DNA of 64,000 nucleotides from Batkoa obscura (lineage: Eukaryota): NCBI GenBank assembly GCA_030770535.1, contig JASVEC010000003.1, forward strand, positions 248,001-312,000, in the 5' to 3' direction. A program made the translations under genes and the position numbers. The notes under the pieces were generated by a model. That model had not been told where the DNA came from. It did not search any database and worked only from the letters and a program-made list of their open reading frames with translations. Shown one piece after another: positions 39,037 through 51,072 of this stretch. Within the stretch, counting starts at the first letter, position 1, and every line of letters starts with the position of its first letter.

Positions 39037-39184
39037 ATTTCTAAAAATTATTTAGTATTGATGAAAATTAAAAAACAAATAATCTAGTACAATACTAATA
39101 TCATTTTCCAAATGCATTGATATTAATGATAAGGTATTGTTGTAATACTTAAAAACTCAAACAATCTTTTTATTAACCCAAATA

Positions 39185-39880
39185 TTTATTTGTAGAATTA
39201 GGCTATTAAAAATCAATCCTTGAACTGACACTTGTACTGCCGCTAATACCATGAATAAAAGAACCATGGTTCCTCCTCTTTACTATTTTTGAATTATTTA
39301 ATATAATCGTTCAACTAAACAACAATATTTACATATCATGTTCATCAACAGTTCTATGCTGAGTTACCACATTCGCTGAAAGTAAATGAGATTTGAATTC
39401 TAAAATCAAATAACGCCTATTATGAAACACATTCCAATCAGTCACATATTTACTTCTTTCCCATCTATACTCTGTCATCCTATTCTGATGATCAATTAAG
39501 TAAATACAAAATATCGGTTTATTACAAATGGTTTCATGATTTAGCTTGATGCTTGAATATTTCCTAGTATCAATAAAGCAAATGATTTCCCACGTTGTAG
39601 AAAAAGAGCGGAAGTTACACTGCTCTAATTTCAAAATAGTGGTGACTGAAATGTCCCAAAATTCTGCTGATCTGATGGCTGCCATGCCAGTGTATTCCCC
39701 TTCCTTATCTTCTTTAAGCTGAGTTGTTTTTTCGCTAAAGCCAGTTGTTTTTATTGTGTAAGTTGTGGCTTTAATTTGGCTCTCGTGGCTGTTAGCAGGT
39801 ATCAAAACTGTTATATCTCCTTCCTTATGACCTTCATTGTAGACTGGTGACGTCACTGATTCACTTGTCATTTTTCTCAT
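39185..39880 (-). CDS. Small uncharacterised protein (tubby-C/LURP-one-like), probable intron at ~39283-39332
   Basis: 183-aa ORF (YNEG..., TTYTIK, YRWE...W.VF...ILEFK), followed after a GT..AG segment by a hydrophobic tail (TMVLLFMVLAAVQV). The 3' end is approximate. Confidence 0.65.
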
Positions 39881-40515
39881 TAGTTTTAAGTTTAGTTGGC
39901 TTTGACTTATATACTCTTTTTTAAGGTTCCTTATTAGAAGTTTTAATTTCTTTATTTGTCGATTTTTTAAGTTATACTCACAAAGCTACCGCAACATAAG
40001 AATAGCCATTACCAATTTTAGCGTTATGAAATTTGATAGTTGTATTCTAATAGTGACATTTTAGTATTATTTTTAAAAAAATAATCAAAATAACACATCA
40101 TCGAATCTTTATATTTTTTTACTATTAGCAAGAGTAGTTTAGATACAACTATTAAAATGTAGCTTAAATAATTTATAAAATAATCCTATTATATATAAAG
40201 AATAGTGATTAAATTATATAAAAACAACTACTCTGCTATACCTATAACTTCAACTCTTACAAATTATGTTTAGGTGTAAATCAAATACTTCAATTTGCCA
40301 TTTGCTTTATCGATCTTGCCACTTGTTCTATTTAAATTTACTCCTTTTCTAAGCATCACATCTCTGAACTTTATAATTTAATATTATAATAAGAAATTAA
40401 AAATGAAATAAAATAAAAACAAGCAAAATTGATAATTCTAAAATTTAGTAAACTCATTTATTAACAGAGCATGAATAATCTCATATTAAATATAACTCAG
40501 TTACTTTATGCTTTG

Positions 40516-41964
40516 TTAACTTTTGTTTAACAACTCACTTACATTTTCAACTAATCCTTCTGGCTGATCTTTTGGTAACAAAGCACTGGGTTTAAAAATA
40601 TTTCCTTTAAGCATACAACAATTTTCGCATGCAGAAATATAATTTCTTGCATGTTTAAAGTAACCATCACAATGTTGAATATCCCCAACTTTATCCTGAA
40701 CTTCTAATATACTTCTAATAATATCCGAATTTTCATCGTATGGTAGGTTGTTAACTCCAGCTTTTAATGCATTAAAAAACAATTCAATTGGGCTCAAGAA
40801 CACAGAATATTCAGGTAAATTCAATATATATGAATTAGAGGACTTAATGGATTTTTTTAGAGTATTAGGAACTACGTGGGTATTTGCACTGTTAAACACA
40901 TAGACGATTTGTTTGTCGCTATTTTTTGAATACAAATCATCCATAAACTCATCAAAGTCATCTTGGTTATTGTTAATAGTTTTTGTTTTATCAACTATTT
41001 TATAGCTTTCAATCCCAGACTCCGATACAGCTGCAATATAGTTAACGCTCTTAGGAGTGGACTCTGGTGTTAAGATGTATTTTTGTCCTCTAAATATACC
41101 ATCTTCGCTTTCGTTGATAGTATGACGATTGAAATAAACTTCATCAATATAAATAAACTTATATTTCATTAATTTCTTGTATTCTTCGATAAATAATTTT
41201 CTTTTTAAGATTATTCCTTTATCATTCCACGCTTTTGAAACCTGGGCTGCCTGCTTATACGTAATGTCAAGCTTATGTTTAATTCTGCTTAATGTAGCTT
41301 TGGATATATCTATCTGCTTTGTTAATAAAAAATGTCTTACTTGCAATAACGTGGTATCATGGTTTCTTGATATAAAGTCATAGATGAGGTCGTTTGTTTC
41401 TTCATTTGCTTTTTTATTCTTCCCATTCTTTCTTAAATCATTAACTTCAACGTTTTCAGTCATCTTCTGTTTAGTTCTACAAACTCTTTTATGAAAGGTA
41501 TTATAACTTAGGCCTAGTATATCGGCACCAGTTCTAATTGAAATTTTTCCATCCAAAACACTTTTAAAAACCAAATCATCACCAATTTTCTTGGTTAGTT
41601 TATTATCCTGCTTTTCCACTTTCTTTTTACGTTTCAATATCTTTGTTTTTTCCGATCCAAATAAATCATTAAATTCACGCATTTCTTTATTGATATCAGC
41701 TACCATTCTCTTTAACTTACTATACTTTTCGTTAAGCTTGGAATTTGTACTCAATAACTTCGAAGCTTCAGATTTACTAAGAACATCGGGGTCGTTTTCA
41801 CTGTATAACTTCAATCCATCAATCTTCTCTCCAGTTAAGACATCTATTCCATGACCTGAAATGTCATGCTCACTACCTCCACCATCAAATTGGTTCTGGT
41901 CGGATACCTGGTTAGGATTCAAGATTTTGTCAATATTATTTGTAGACTTGCTATTATCTCCCAT
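40516..41964 (-). CDS. IS630/Tc1-like transposase-derived protein with D-N-35-E triad, paralog 2
   Basis: Likely ATG at 41964 (MGDNSK) by alignment with the paralogs; same FIYIDEVYF / VYVFNSANTH / LPEYSVFLSPIE motifs. Confidence 0.88.
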   Translation of the reverse strand: MGDNSKSTNNIDKILNPNQVSDQNQFDGGGSEHDISGHGIDVLTGEKIDGLKLYSENDPDVLSKSEASKLLSTNSKLNEKYSKLKRMVADINKEMREFNDLFGSEKTKILKRKKKVEKQDNKLTKKIGDDLVFKSVLDGKISIRTGADILGLSYNTFHKRVCRTKQKMTENVEVNDLRKNGKNKKANEETNDLIYDFISRNHDTTLLQVRHFLLTKQIDISKATLSRIKHKLDITYKQAAQVSKAWNDKGIILKRKLFIEEYKKLMKYKFIYIDEVYFNRHTINESEDGIFRGQKYILTPESTPKSVNYIAAVSESGIESYKIVDKTKTINNNQDDFDEFMDDLYSKNSDKQIVYVFNSANTHVVPNTLKKSIKSSNSYILNLPEYSVFLSPIELFFNALKAGVNNLPYDENSDIIRSILEVQDKVGDIQHCDGYFKHARNYISACENCCMLKGNIFKPSALLPKDQPEGLVENVSELLNKS

Positions 41965-42088
41965 TATGAAATTTTTATAAATAAAAAGATTGTCACTTAT
42001 TTTCCTCAAACAACTTTTGAACCAACAAAAACCTATTTAAATTACGTAATCATCACATTTAAATGAAATCAGCTGATAAATTGTAAAT

Positions 42089-42193
42089 ATTTGGTGATGT
42101 TTTTTCTTGCTAAAGAATTTACTAACAAATTATCCCAAATTCATGCTACTAAAAAATGGACAAAAACATACAGCAAAAGAGGTGCTCCCATTT
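42089..42193 (-). mobile_element. Highly diverged AWWT MITE copy
   Basis: ATTT-GGTGATGTTTTT...aagaatttactaacaa...aaaaaatgga...CTCCC-ATTT. Confidence 0.65.
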
Positions 42194-42924
42194 GCTTCAC
42201 ACATCTGATGAAAATTCTCAGATTAAAACTAAAATGAAATAAAATTAATAAATTGAATTTAAGATAAAATCAATTTTATATTATTCTAAATTCAAATATT
42301 AATTTTTTTAATACTTAATTGACATTATTTATTACTTATAAAAAATTATGTAAATTATCATAAAAAGATCTAATTTATTAAAACTGTAAATTTTTTATTT
42401 AGTTTTAGTGCCACCATTTTTAGAAAAAACTGTGAAGTCTTCTTTTGTAAAACGGTGCCTAAAGTTTTTATGAGCATTTTTAAGGCAGTATAATTTTGAA
42501 ATAAAAAGAATAAGATAGTAGTGATATTGACAAATATGGTTTAAAATAGTTTATTTTTTACTGGTCTTGATTTTTGTATTAACAACATTAAAAATATTAA
42601 AGTTATTAATACTAAACAAAATGGCCTGAAATAGGCCTTTTCAAGTTTTTAAAATCCAAATTTTGTACTTATATTAAAGACTATATTTAAATATTGTAAG
42701 ATATAAAAATTAATATAGAAGCTACTATCTTGTAGCCTATCATTTAAATATATATATCGATTTAAATAAAACAATTTGTTATATAAGTTATTTTTTCATT
42801 TAGATTTAATGTTTAAAGTAAATAAAAAGTAAGTTTTTAAAAAAAATTTACATAGCTTTATGAGAAAACTATTTTTACTATTAAAAAAAAGGTAAAACAA
42901 AATAATTGGGAATTAAATATAAAT

Positions 42925-43135
42925 ATTTGGGGATGTTTTTTTTGGTTTCATCACTTTTTCCATTTTTTAAGCGCTATTTGAATGCAAAGATTGTTAGTAA
43001 GATTCTTAAACAAAAAAATACATCCCCATATAACTAACAGTTAGCGTTGATCCGAAAATGTACTAACAATCTTTGCACTCAAATAGTGCTTAAAAGATGG
43101 AAAAAGTAATGAAGCCAAAAAAAACACCCCCATAT
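42925..43135. mobile_element. Full AWWT MITE (42925-43031) plus an inverted truncated copy (43061-43135)
   Basis: Both copies share the variant tgcaaagattgttagta and together form a long inverted repeat. Confidence 0.85.
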
Positions 43136-43716
43136 GTTAGAGGAAGCTTTGAGATGTGTATTAATGTTTTTTTCAATTAAAAGCTATTATTAAAACATTT
43201 GAATATTAAGTTTTTTAATGATTAATTAAAAAATTGAATATATATATTAGCAAGATCTTTTTTCACACTTTTTGTTAAAAGCTAATAATATTGCATTTTT
43301 ATAATGCTATTAATATAAGATTTAAAAATAACAAGCCATAGATCGTTTTAAATTATATCTACAAGTTTTATAATTGTCTGTGTTCTCTTTGCTAAATATA
43401 TTATTTTAAAAATACCCATATAAATCGTAAACACCTTGTAAAACGCTGTTTGATTTTAAGTCCTCCTAATAAAACTTATAAAATCTATTAATTCATTATA
43501 GATTGGTATTTTTATATTTTAACTAATATTTTAAACTCATTAATCTATTAATCAATTATGCAAAAAAAAGTTCATAAAACCAAACTATAATTTCTACAAC
43601 AACACAATTTATTATAAGACGTAGGAGAAGATAAAACTTAAATTATTTAAAAACAGGATAAGATTTGGAATTAAATAGCATGCAAAGAGATCTAAAATTC
43701 GATTCCTTATCCCTTT

Positions 43717-44705
43717 TTAGAGATCAAAGATTTCTGGTAAAATTTCTGGAAGTTCTAAAATAGAAGATATAGCTAAATGATCATCATCTTGATTAGGATT
43801 GTTCTTTCCTGTGACGAGGATGGTGGTCCAACCTAACTGTTTGGCTGCATCTAAGTTTTTCTTTGAGTCATCTGCAAAGAAACACAATGTTGGGAAATTG
43901 ACTCTGGCTTCTTTCATCGCTTTTTCATATGCTGGAAGTTCTGGTTTACATGCAAAATTGGGCTCAGTATAATCGCAGTAAGTTACGCCTTCAAATAAAT
44001 CTTCAATGCCTAAAATACGGAGTACCCTTTCAGCATGCTATGGTTATGAATATATTAGTGTATGTTTTTGTTAATAAAGGATAAAACTTACAATTTTGTT
44101 GGCATTAGTAAAAGCCCAGCGTCTCATTTTGATTTTTAAAAGCATGTTCCTTAAATTAGGATCATATTTAAGTAAGGATTCAAGCGGTAAAGATTGGTCA
44201 ACGTTTTCATCTAAGAAATTTATTAATATTAAAGTAAAAAAAATAAATAGAAATACATACCATAATGAACTGGATCAATATCTAAAAAAGTTAAATTTTA
44301 GTCTGATTATTTAAATAAAAGCGTATTAAACTTACCATGATGTTTAATAAAACCACGAATAGCAAGTCCATATTCACGATAATAAGAATAAGAAATTTGT
44401 TCTACTTTATCTTTTGGGAGTCCGATGAATTCGCCATATTGAGCTATCCTAAAAATCAGCATTAATAAAAGTTCTATCATAGTACATCACAAATGTCAAG
44501 CATTTTAATGATCAGTAAGAAGTACTTACTTTTTAGACATGATATCCGAAATACCAGAACTGATGTCATAAAGGCAGTTATCAATATCAAAGAAAAATAT
44601 AGCATTATTGTTTTTTAACCCAGTGGATAGAAATGGCACGGTTAAATTAGAATTAATAGTACAAGCAGCAGCTGTAGTATTAATGAGATCAGAGGTAGTA
44701 AGCAT
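43717..44705 (-). CDS. SDT1: HAD-superfamily pyrimidine 5'-nucleotidase (Sdt1/Phm8-like), multi-exon with a ~21-nt micro-exon
   Basis: FFDIDNCLY motif I, YYREYGLAIRG, WAFTNA, CKP and FADDS..NL..AK.LGW. Confidence 0.88.
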
Positions 44706-45772
44706 AGTTACGATAAATTAAAGTATAAAATAAAAATAGAAAAGATGTAAAATAGAAATAAAATCGATAGATATAAAAAATAGGAAAAAGCAAATAAGTG
44801 TATTTCTCATCCTTTATATACTTTTTTTTTCTAAATTTATTAATAATGGTTGATATTAGTCACCCCCTTACCTGTCCCGAAACAGCCTAAAATTAAATAC
44901 TGGATTTAAGCTCCATTTTTAAATGAAATTATCCTTTTCAAAAATAAACTTGGAAGTTTATTTTATTAAAATTAAGCCAATCAAATTGTTTGGTTGGCAC
45001 CACGTTGATTTCATCGTTCTAAATTTGATCCTTTTTTACTAATCATTCGTTATAAAATGCAAGCAATGACATCATGTGTGAAAAAAGAGTGACTGTTTTT
45101 TTTATATCAATATTGAAAATTATTTCCGTAGTTAAAGAATATTAAGTTGTATAAACATAAAGTTATGTCTTTTTTCCGGTTCATTTTACTTGATTATAAA
45201 CATTTAATAGTTTAGCCTAAATAATTGATTGAATTAAATAATCAATTAAGCTCATTTTAATCTTTATTTTAGCTTAATATTAAACTTATAAATTATTAAT
45301 TTATTGTTGCATATAATAATCCTTATTCAAAAACCCAAACTTTTTTAATTGCTTGAAGTTCCTCCTTTTATTTTTCAAAAGGTTAAAATTCTAGATTATT
45401 TTTATTAAGTTTTATATAAACAACCATTTAAATGTTATGGCTAATATATTGCTATGAGTTTTATTTAGTAATAAATTAAAACTTAATTTATTGAAAAAGA
45501 GGGTCTAATTATAGTTAATAAATGTATTAAAAATATTAAATTAATTTTATAACTTTAAAAATGAAAAATAACCTTATATTTAGTCTATTTTATAATACAT
45601 GGATAAATAAATTTATCGATTATCATAAATTAATTTCATTATTAAAATCATAAAAAGCAATCATTTTATTAAAGGCATATTGACCGCGGATTTTATTATT
45701 TCTAAGCATAGCTTAAATGTTATACTCTAAAGTTAATTATAAATAATAATTATTTAAAAACAATCGAATCAA

Positions 45773-46189
45773 TTACTTTTTAATAAAATAACATACAAGC
45801 ATTAAAGTATTATTTACATTGTTATACTTAAGTTTGCCAACTATTTTAAAAGTTCCCATTTCATCTTTTACTAAGTTATTCCAATCAAACTCCATCTGTT
45901 GATACTCTGCTATTAGATAATCCACTCGTTTTGTAGACTCTTGATCATATATTAAAAACTTGATGTAACCCTCTTTTCTAATTAATACTTCAATTTTAGC
46001 TAATAGATTATAAATATAAGTAATGTATTAATTGATAATATATAGGTTACCATGAATCATTATAGCAATGATATTTTCTTTATAAAAATAATTCTCAATT
46101 AATGGTGTTTGTAGCTTAAGTTGTAATATTTGATGAATTGTATTGAATTTTTTGAGTTTAGCATCTTCAAAGTTCGAGAATTTAAGCAT
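45773..46189 (-). CDS. Small two-exon hypothetical protein (~120 aa)
   Basis: ATG at 46189; GT-AG intron at ~46001-46050 keeps the frame; stop TAA at 45773. Confidence 0.55.
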
Positions 46190-46360
46190 TTTATAAACAA
46201 TAGATGAAGGAATTATTTAGTTTATAAATAGAATGTTATAATGCGTTTTAATGACCATTTAATTTGCTACAATGTAATAAGTTAATAACAATATGTTTAT
46301 GTGATTAATGTAAATGCATTAAAAATATAGCTACATTTTATAAAATAATATGATGTTATT

Positions 46361-46467
46361 ATATGGAGATGTATTTTTTTGTTTAAGAATTTTACTAACA
46401 ATCTTTCTGCTCAAATAGCGCTTAAAAAGTGGAAAAAATAATGAAGCCAAAAAAAACACCTCCATAT
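46361..46467 (-). mobile_element. AWWT MITE copy
   Basis: ATAT/ATAT flanks; near consensus. Confidence 0.9.
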
Positions 46468-47202
46468 TGTAAAATAAAAAAAATTACATGTAATTCTAGT
46501 GATGATGGCTATAACAATAAAGTGAAACTATTGTATTTTTTATTTTTATCTTATTTTATTATTATTCTTTAAATATTTTATCCTATTTTTGTATAAAGTT
46601 AACTTTTTTAATATAAAGCAGACCTTTAGAGTTAATTTATATAAAAGATCAAAATAAGAGTATTAATACATTCTAGTGAAGAGTATACTGGAAAGAGGAG
46701 AAATCCTTTAAAGACGAAAAGATGAAAGTTAATTCTATTTGGAATGAGAGTAAAGAAAAGTTCTTTAAACAATAGATCTTTTGAAACGCCCCAAGATTGT
46801 TAAATCTAGAATTGAAAAAAGTTGTTTTATAATCGACTTATTTCATTTGGGGGAAGAGCGAAGGAGATGGTAGAAGTGGAATATGATAATGATTTTTTTC
46901 ATGAGGTAATTATAGACAAAGTTAGGATCTAAAATAGGAATGAAATGATTGAATTTTTAATACATTTTTAAAAAATTACTGTTTATTCAGAGTTTATTAA
47001 CTTGACAATAAATAAGCAGAAATGAGTGATATGATTAGAAACCTAAAATTTACTACAAACTAAGGGTTATATGCTTATTAAATCCTTGTTGTTTTCCTTT
47101 TTTTTAAAGCATATTATTTTCAACAATAAAACAAATAGATGTGCAATGAAAAGTAATAGTAATGTCGTCTTTATCATACTTTTTGTCCATTTTTGGGACA
47201 AT

Positions 47203-47309
47203 AAATGAGAATGTTTTTTCTGGTTTCATTATTTTTTCCATTTTTTAAGTGCTATTTGAGCAGAAAGATTGTTAGTAAGATTCTTAAACAAAAAAATACA
47301 TCCCCAAAT
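47203..47309 (+). mobile_element. AWWT MITE copy
   Basis: AAAT/AAAT flanks. Confidence 0.9.
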
Positions 47310-47822
47310 TTTGAATTTTTTTTTGGCAATATTCTTCAATAAAAACATACCTATAAAAACTCACTATTATTTTTATATTTCTATGTAATAATGATTTTAT
47401 ATGTAAATTAATATACCAAAAAAAATAGCTATATAATTATTTTATTTATTTGTATGAAACGCTGTCAACAAATTATTTATTTAACTTAAAGGATACATTC
47501 TAAAATTATAAATTTAATCAATATGACTATCGTTTAATAATACAGAGTTCTTTTTTGTAACGTTTAGTATTGATGTTTTTATAAATCACAATATAAGATA
47601 ATAGTATAGCTACATTATGACACAAACAAATGCTAGCAAATAATATATATATCAAATCAATTAGCTCGTTTAATTACTTGTTTTAGTTTTTTAATTCAAG
47701 GAGTGTAATTTCCTTTTATACAAAAACTAAAATACAAAATCAAGTCATGTAAAATAATATATATTGCTAAAACGATAAAAAATAAAATAACAACAAAAAA
47801 AGCTGCAAATAAACAATAGGAA

Positions 47823-48612
47823 TCATTCATTTTTATCTTCACGATCCAATTGATTTAAAAGGCCATCTAGTTTAGCATGAAAGTGGGATTGAGATAATTT
47901 ACCTTGATCATCAAAAAAAGTAGCAAAATTCCAAGTTTCAGTTACTTTTTTAAGTTTTGGTTGTTCTGGTAAAGAATCTGGAAACTCATAAACGAAGGAT
48001 ACTTCATAAAGTGGTTGACCTCCTGCATCTACTTTATGATGAGATTTAAAGGCATATTCTCCCTAAAAATGATAAAAATTTGTATATTTAATTAAGTTAT
48101 TATTAAATACATATTCTTTTAAATTACTTCTTTCCCAGGTTTTTTACCAAGATATACCGTTTTCCCTTGCATAAAATAAGTCCATAAAAACATACATCCA
48201 GAAATTATGAAATAGCTAGTTAATCCCTATTACTGTCTTATAAATTCAAAAATAAATAAAAACTTACGAGCTACTTGAAAACAAAGATACATAACGAACT
48301 GTTTTAAATTCTTTTTTATAAGTTAACAAAAAATCAGCCAACGCTATAATGGCTCCAAGGTATCCAAATATTAACTTCATATCGACAAACATATGATTCT
48401 CTTTCCATCCTTTAGAGGTATAATACTATGAATTCTATATTTAATTGAGTTTGATTTTCTACATTATTAAATTACCCTTGCTACTTCTTCATCAGCTGCT
48501 ACCTTAAGATCCAATAGATTATATTTTTCAACTGGTTTAATTTCTATATTATTCATTAATTCATTATCCTTATACTATTAGTATTAATATAATTATTTAT
48601 TTTACCTTCCAT
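47823..48612 (-). CDS. SPC2: Signal peptidase complex subunit 2 (SPC25), multi-exon; absent from the ORF track
   Basis: VEKYNLLDLKVAADEEV, GWKENHMFVDMKLIFGY, two TM segments and C-terminal TFFDDQG. Confidence 0.85.
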
Positions 48613-48781
48613 CTTTAACAATAATTAACAAAAGTTCTCTTTTTCTCAACTTATTTATCTTCTACATCACTAAAATCCATGGATTTCATTTGCTAAAATT
48701 TTCAACGAATTAAAAATAGTAATCCAATTTATTTCATTTACAATTTTTAAAAAATAACAATTTTCAAACACTAATCCTTAA

Positions 48782-49813
48782 ATGGAAGCAATAAAAAAGA
48801 ATTTACCATCCCGTAACGCATCGATTTTTTTCAGTATTGTATTTGGTCTGATAGCTTTAAAACAATATGATAAAAGAGAATGTATCAATCAACGCCAATC
48901 ACTTTCTTCAGTAGTAAATTATTTAGCTGAAAGACCATTAGAGTATAACCAATCACCTGATAAATACGTTATCTTTTTACATTCACCTGAAAATGAATTA
49001 GATGCTTATTATAAAGCTAAAGAATATTTTAATAGTTATATAAAAGTAAGTTATTTTTTTTCGAAATTTATACTATAATTTAGGCTAATAATATATATAA
49101 TCTATTAGCCAGTATGGGATGCAGCAGCTATCGATTATGATATTGTTATGGAAAAAGATGGTGGTGAGATCCAGAAATATGTTTATGAAGAAATTAAAAA
49201 GATGCGATTACAACCAAATGGAGCCAATTTAATCGATAAAGAAGGTTCACCTATTCTTGGTTGGGTAGCACTTGGTAAAGAAGCATTTGGTAAGTTATTA
49301 TCAGGAATACATGATGGAGGTAGTGTATTTGATCCAAATATTGAAATTGGCAAAATCGAAGAAGAAGAAGAAGAAGAAGTACAAACTTTAGACCAACTTG
49401 AAGAAAAAAAAGAAAAAAAAGTAGAAAAACCAAAAGTTATACCAGCTCAACAGATTACTAGCTTACTTACTAAAGATACACCAAGGAAAGATATTGAGGT
49501 ACCAAATACATTACCTAGTTTAGGTTATATTCGTTTTCATCATTATATTGGGTTTACAAGTACTCCTTTGAGAATTTTTGAATGGTTTATGGATCGTAAA
49601 TATGTCAAAGATATTGGTCAAGAAGCTACTGTTCCTTTAATTGGTAATGTTGAACAGCTAAATTTACCAGGTGATTATTTCGAGTATTCAAAGAGAGATC
49701 TAAGAAGTAAGAAAATACCCCAAATTAAAAAAGAAGACTTGGAATTCGTTAAGGAATTAGATGGAAAAGTTAATATATATTGTAACGATGAAGTTAAAGC
49801 TGAGCAAAATTAA
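48782..49813 (+). CDS. TIM54: Mitochondrial inner-membrane import translocase subunit Tim54; intron 49046-49108
   Basis: LPSRN..IF...YDKRE; YIK/PVWDAAAIDY; GF...PLRI..WF..R. Confidence 0.85.
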
Positions 49814-50227
49814 AATAGATTAGAAGTTAATCAAGAAGGTTTATTATATTTTATTTTATTTTATTTTTAATTGGGTTTATATTGTATATAGGTAGCTTTT
49901 TGTTATTTTATTTGCATAGTCAAGTATTAGAGTATTTTAATTTAATTATAGTTTATTTAATAGTAAGTTATATTGAAATAAGTTTAAATATAATTATAAG
50001 ATTCTAAAAGCAATAATTTTTTTAACTAGTTATATTTTTAACTATAAACTCAATTTCTATTTATCAAATATACAAAGCAATACTAATAATTAAACTTTGC
50101 CTGCTTTTTATTCTTTTATATAATACAATATGGATAATCAAGTATCCAACTTTATTTGTTATGAATATAATTATCATTAAAAGCGTTGATCTTTTCATTT
50201 ATATAAAATCACTTTATTTTTTATAGC

Positions 50228-51072
50228 ACTAAAATCCATGGATTTCATTTGTTAAATTCAGAAATTCAAATAATAATTCAGTTTATTTCATTGGCCATTT
50301 CCTTTTAAGAAATACCAAATTCAAAAGTAATATGTACATTCTGCTTAATCTATAACTATGGAGGAAGAGATTCTAGGCTCATGCTATATTTTATGCTCTA
50401 TCACAGATAAAGAAATTGAAATAATTCAATAAGATATAGATAACAACTTGGATAAAATATTAAGACCAGCTTTTAAATATGTAAAAGAAGATAAATTTAA
50501 TAATGCCAATTGTAATGAAATACTATGATACGAAAAATCATGATAATATAGAAATGTCAGATAGAGTTGTATTTTTAATAGAAAACAAAAATATAGATCA
50601 AGTTATAGTTTTAGTTGATAATGGAAGTAATATTTTCACATTTAAATGCGGACGTGAAACTATAGTGGAGATAGCTTTACATATAACTACTAGTAATTTA
50701 TGTGTTGGTGATATACTTAATGAAGTAAAGGATGGGTGGTATTAAAAAATATATACCAATTTCAAACTCCAATCCTTAATATCGAACCAACAAAAAAGAA
50801 TCCACATTACCTAATACGATTACAATTTTCAGTATTGCATTTGGCCTTATAAATTTAAAACAATATGATAAAAGAGAGTTTATCAGTCAACGACAATCGT
50901 TTTCTTCTGCTGTAAACTATCTCGATAAAAGACCTTTGTAAATAACCAATCAGATTTACTAAGGAAAGATATTGAAGTATCAACTACAATACCTAGTTTA
51001 GGTTATATTCATTTTCATCATTATATTGGATTTACAACTACCCTCTTGGAGGTTTTTGGGTGGTTTATGAAC
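50228..51072 (+). pseudogene. Rearranged partial TIM54 duplicate: promoter copy, unrelated decayed ORF, then internally deleted CDS
   Basis: cactaaaatccatggatttcatttg identical to 48669-48693; 50790-50950 matches TIM54 exon 1; 50958-51070 matches 49483-49595; contains stops. Confidence 0.85.

Noticed and set aside
35043..42009. These transposase-like ORFs as the mobiliser of the AWWT MITE
   Set aside because: IS630/Tc1 enzymes duplicate TA rather than 4 bp, the ORFs lack the second Asp, and they are not bounded by the MITE TIRs.
41965..42009. ORF-track N-terminal extension of paralog 2 (and the 14244 start of the Cys-tail gene)
   Set aside because: Non-ATG starts; the 41965-42009 segment aligns with the 5' non-coding region of paralog 1.
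46670..47000. Purine-rich coding-like segment
   Set aside because: The frame I read has several stops and no ORF of 60 aa or more is listed here; cannot be assigned.
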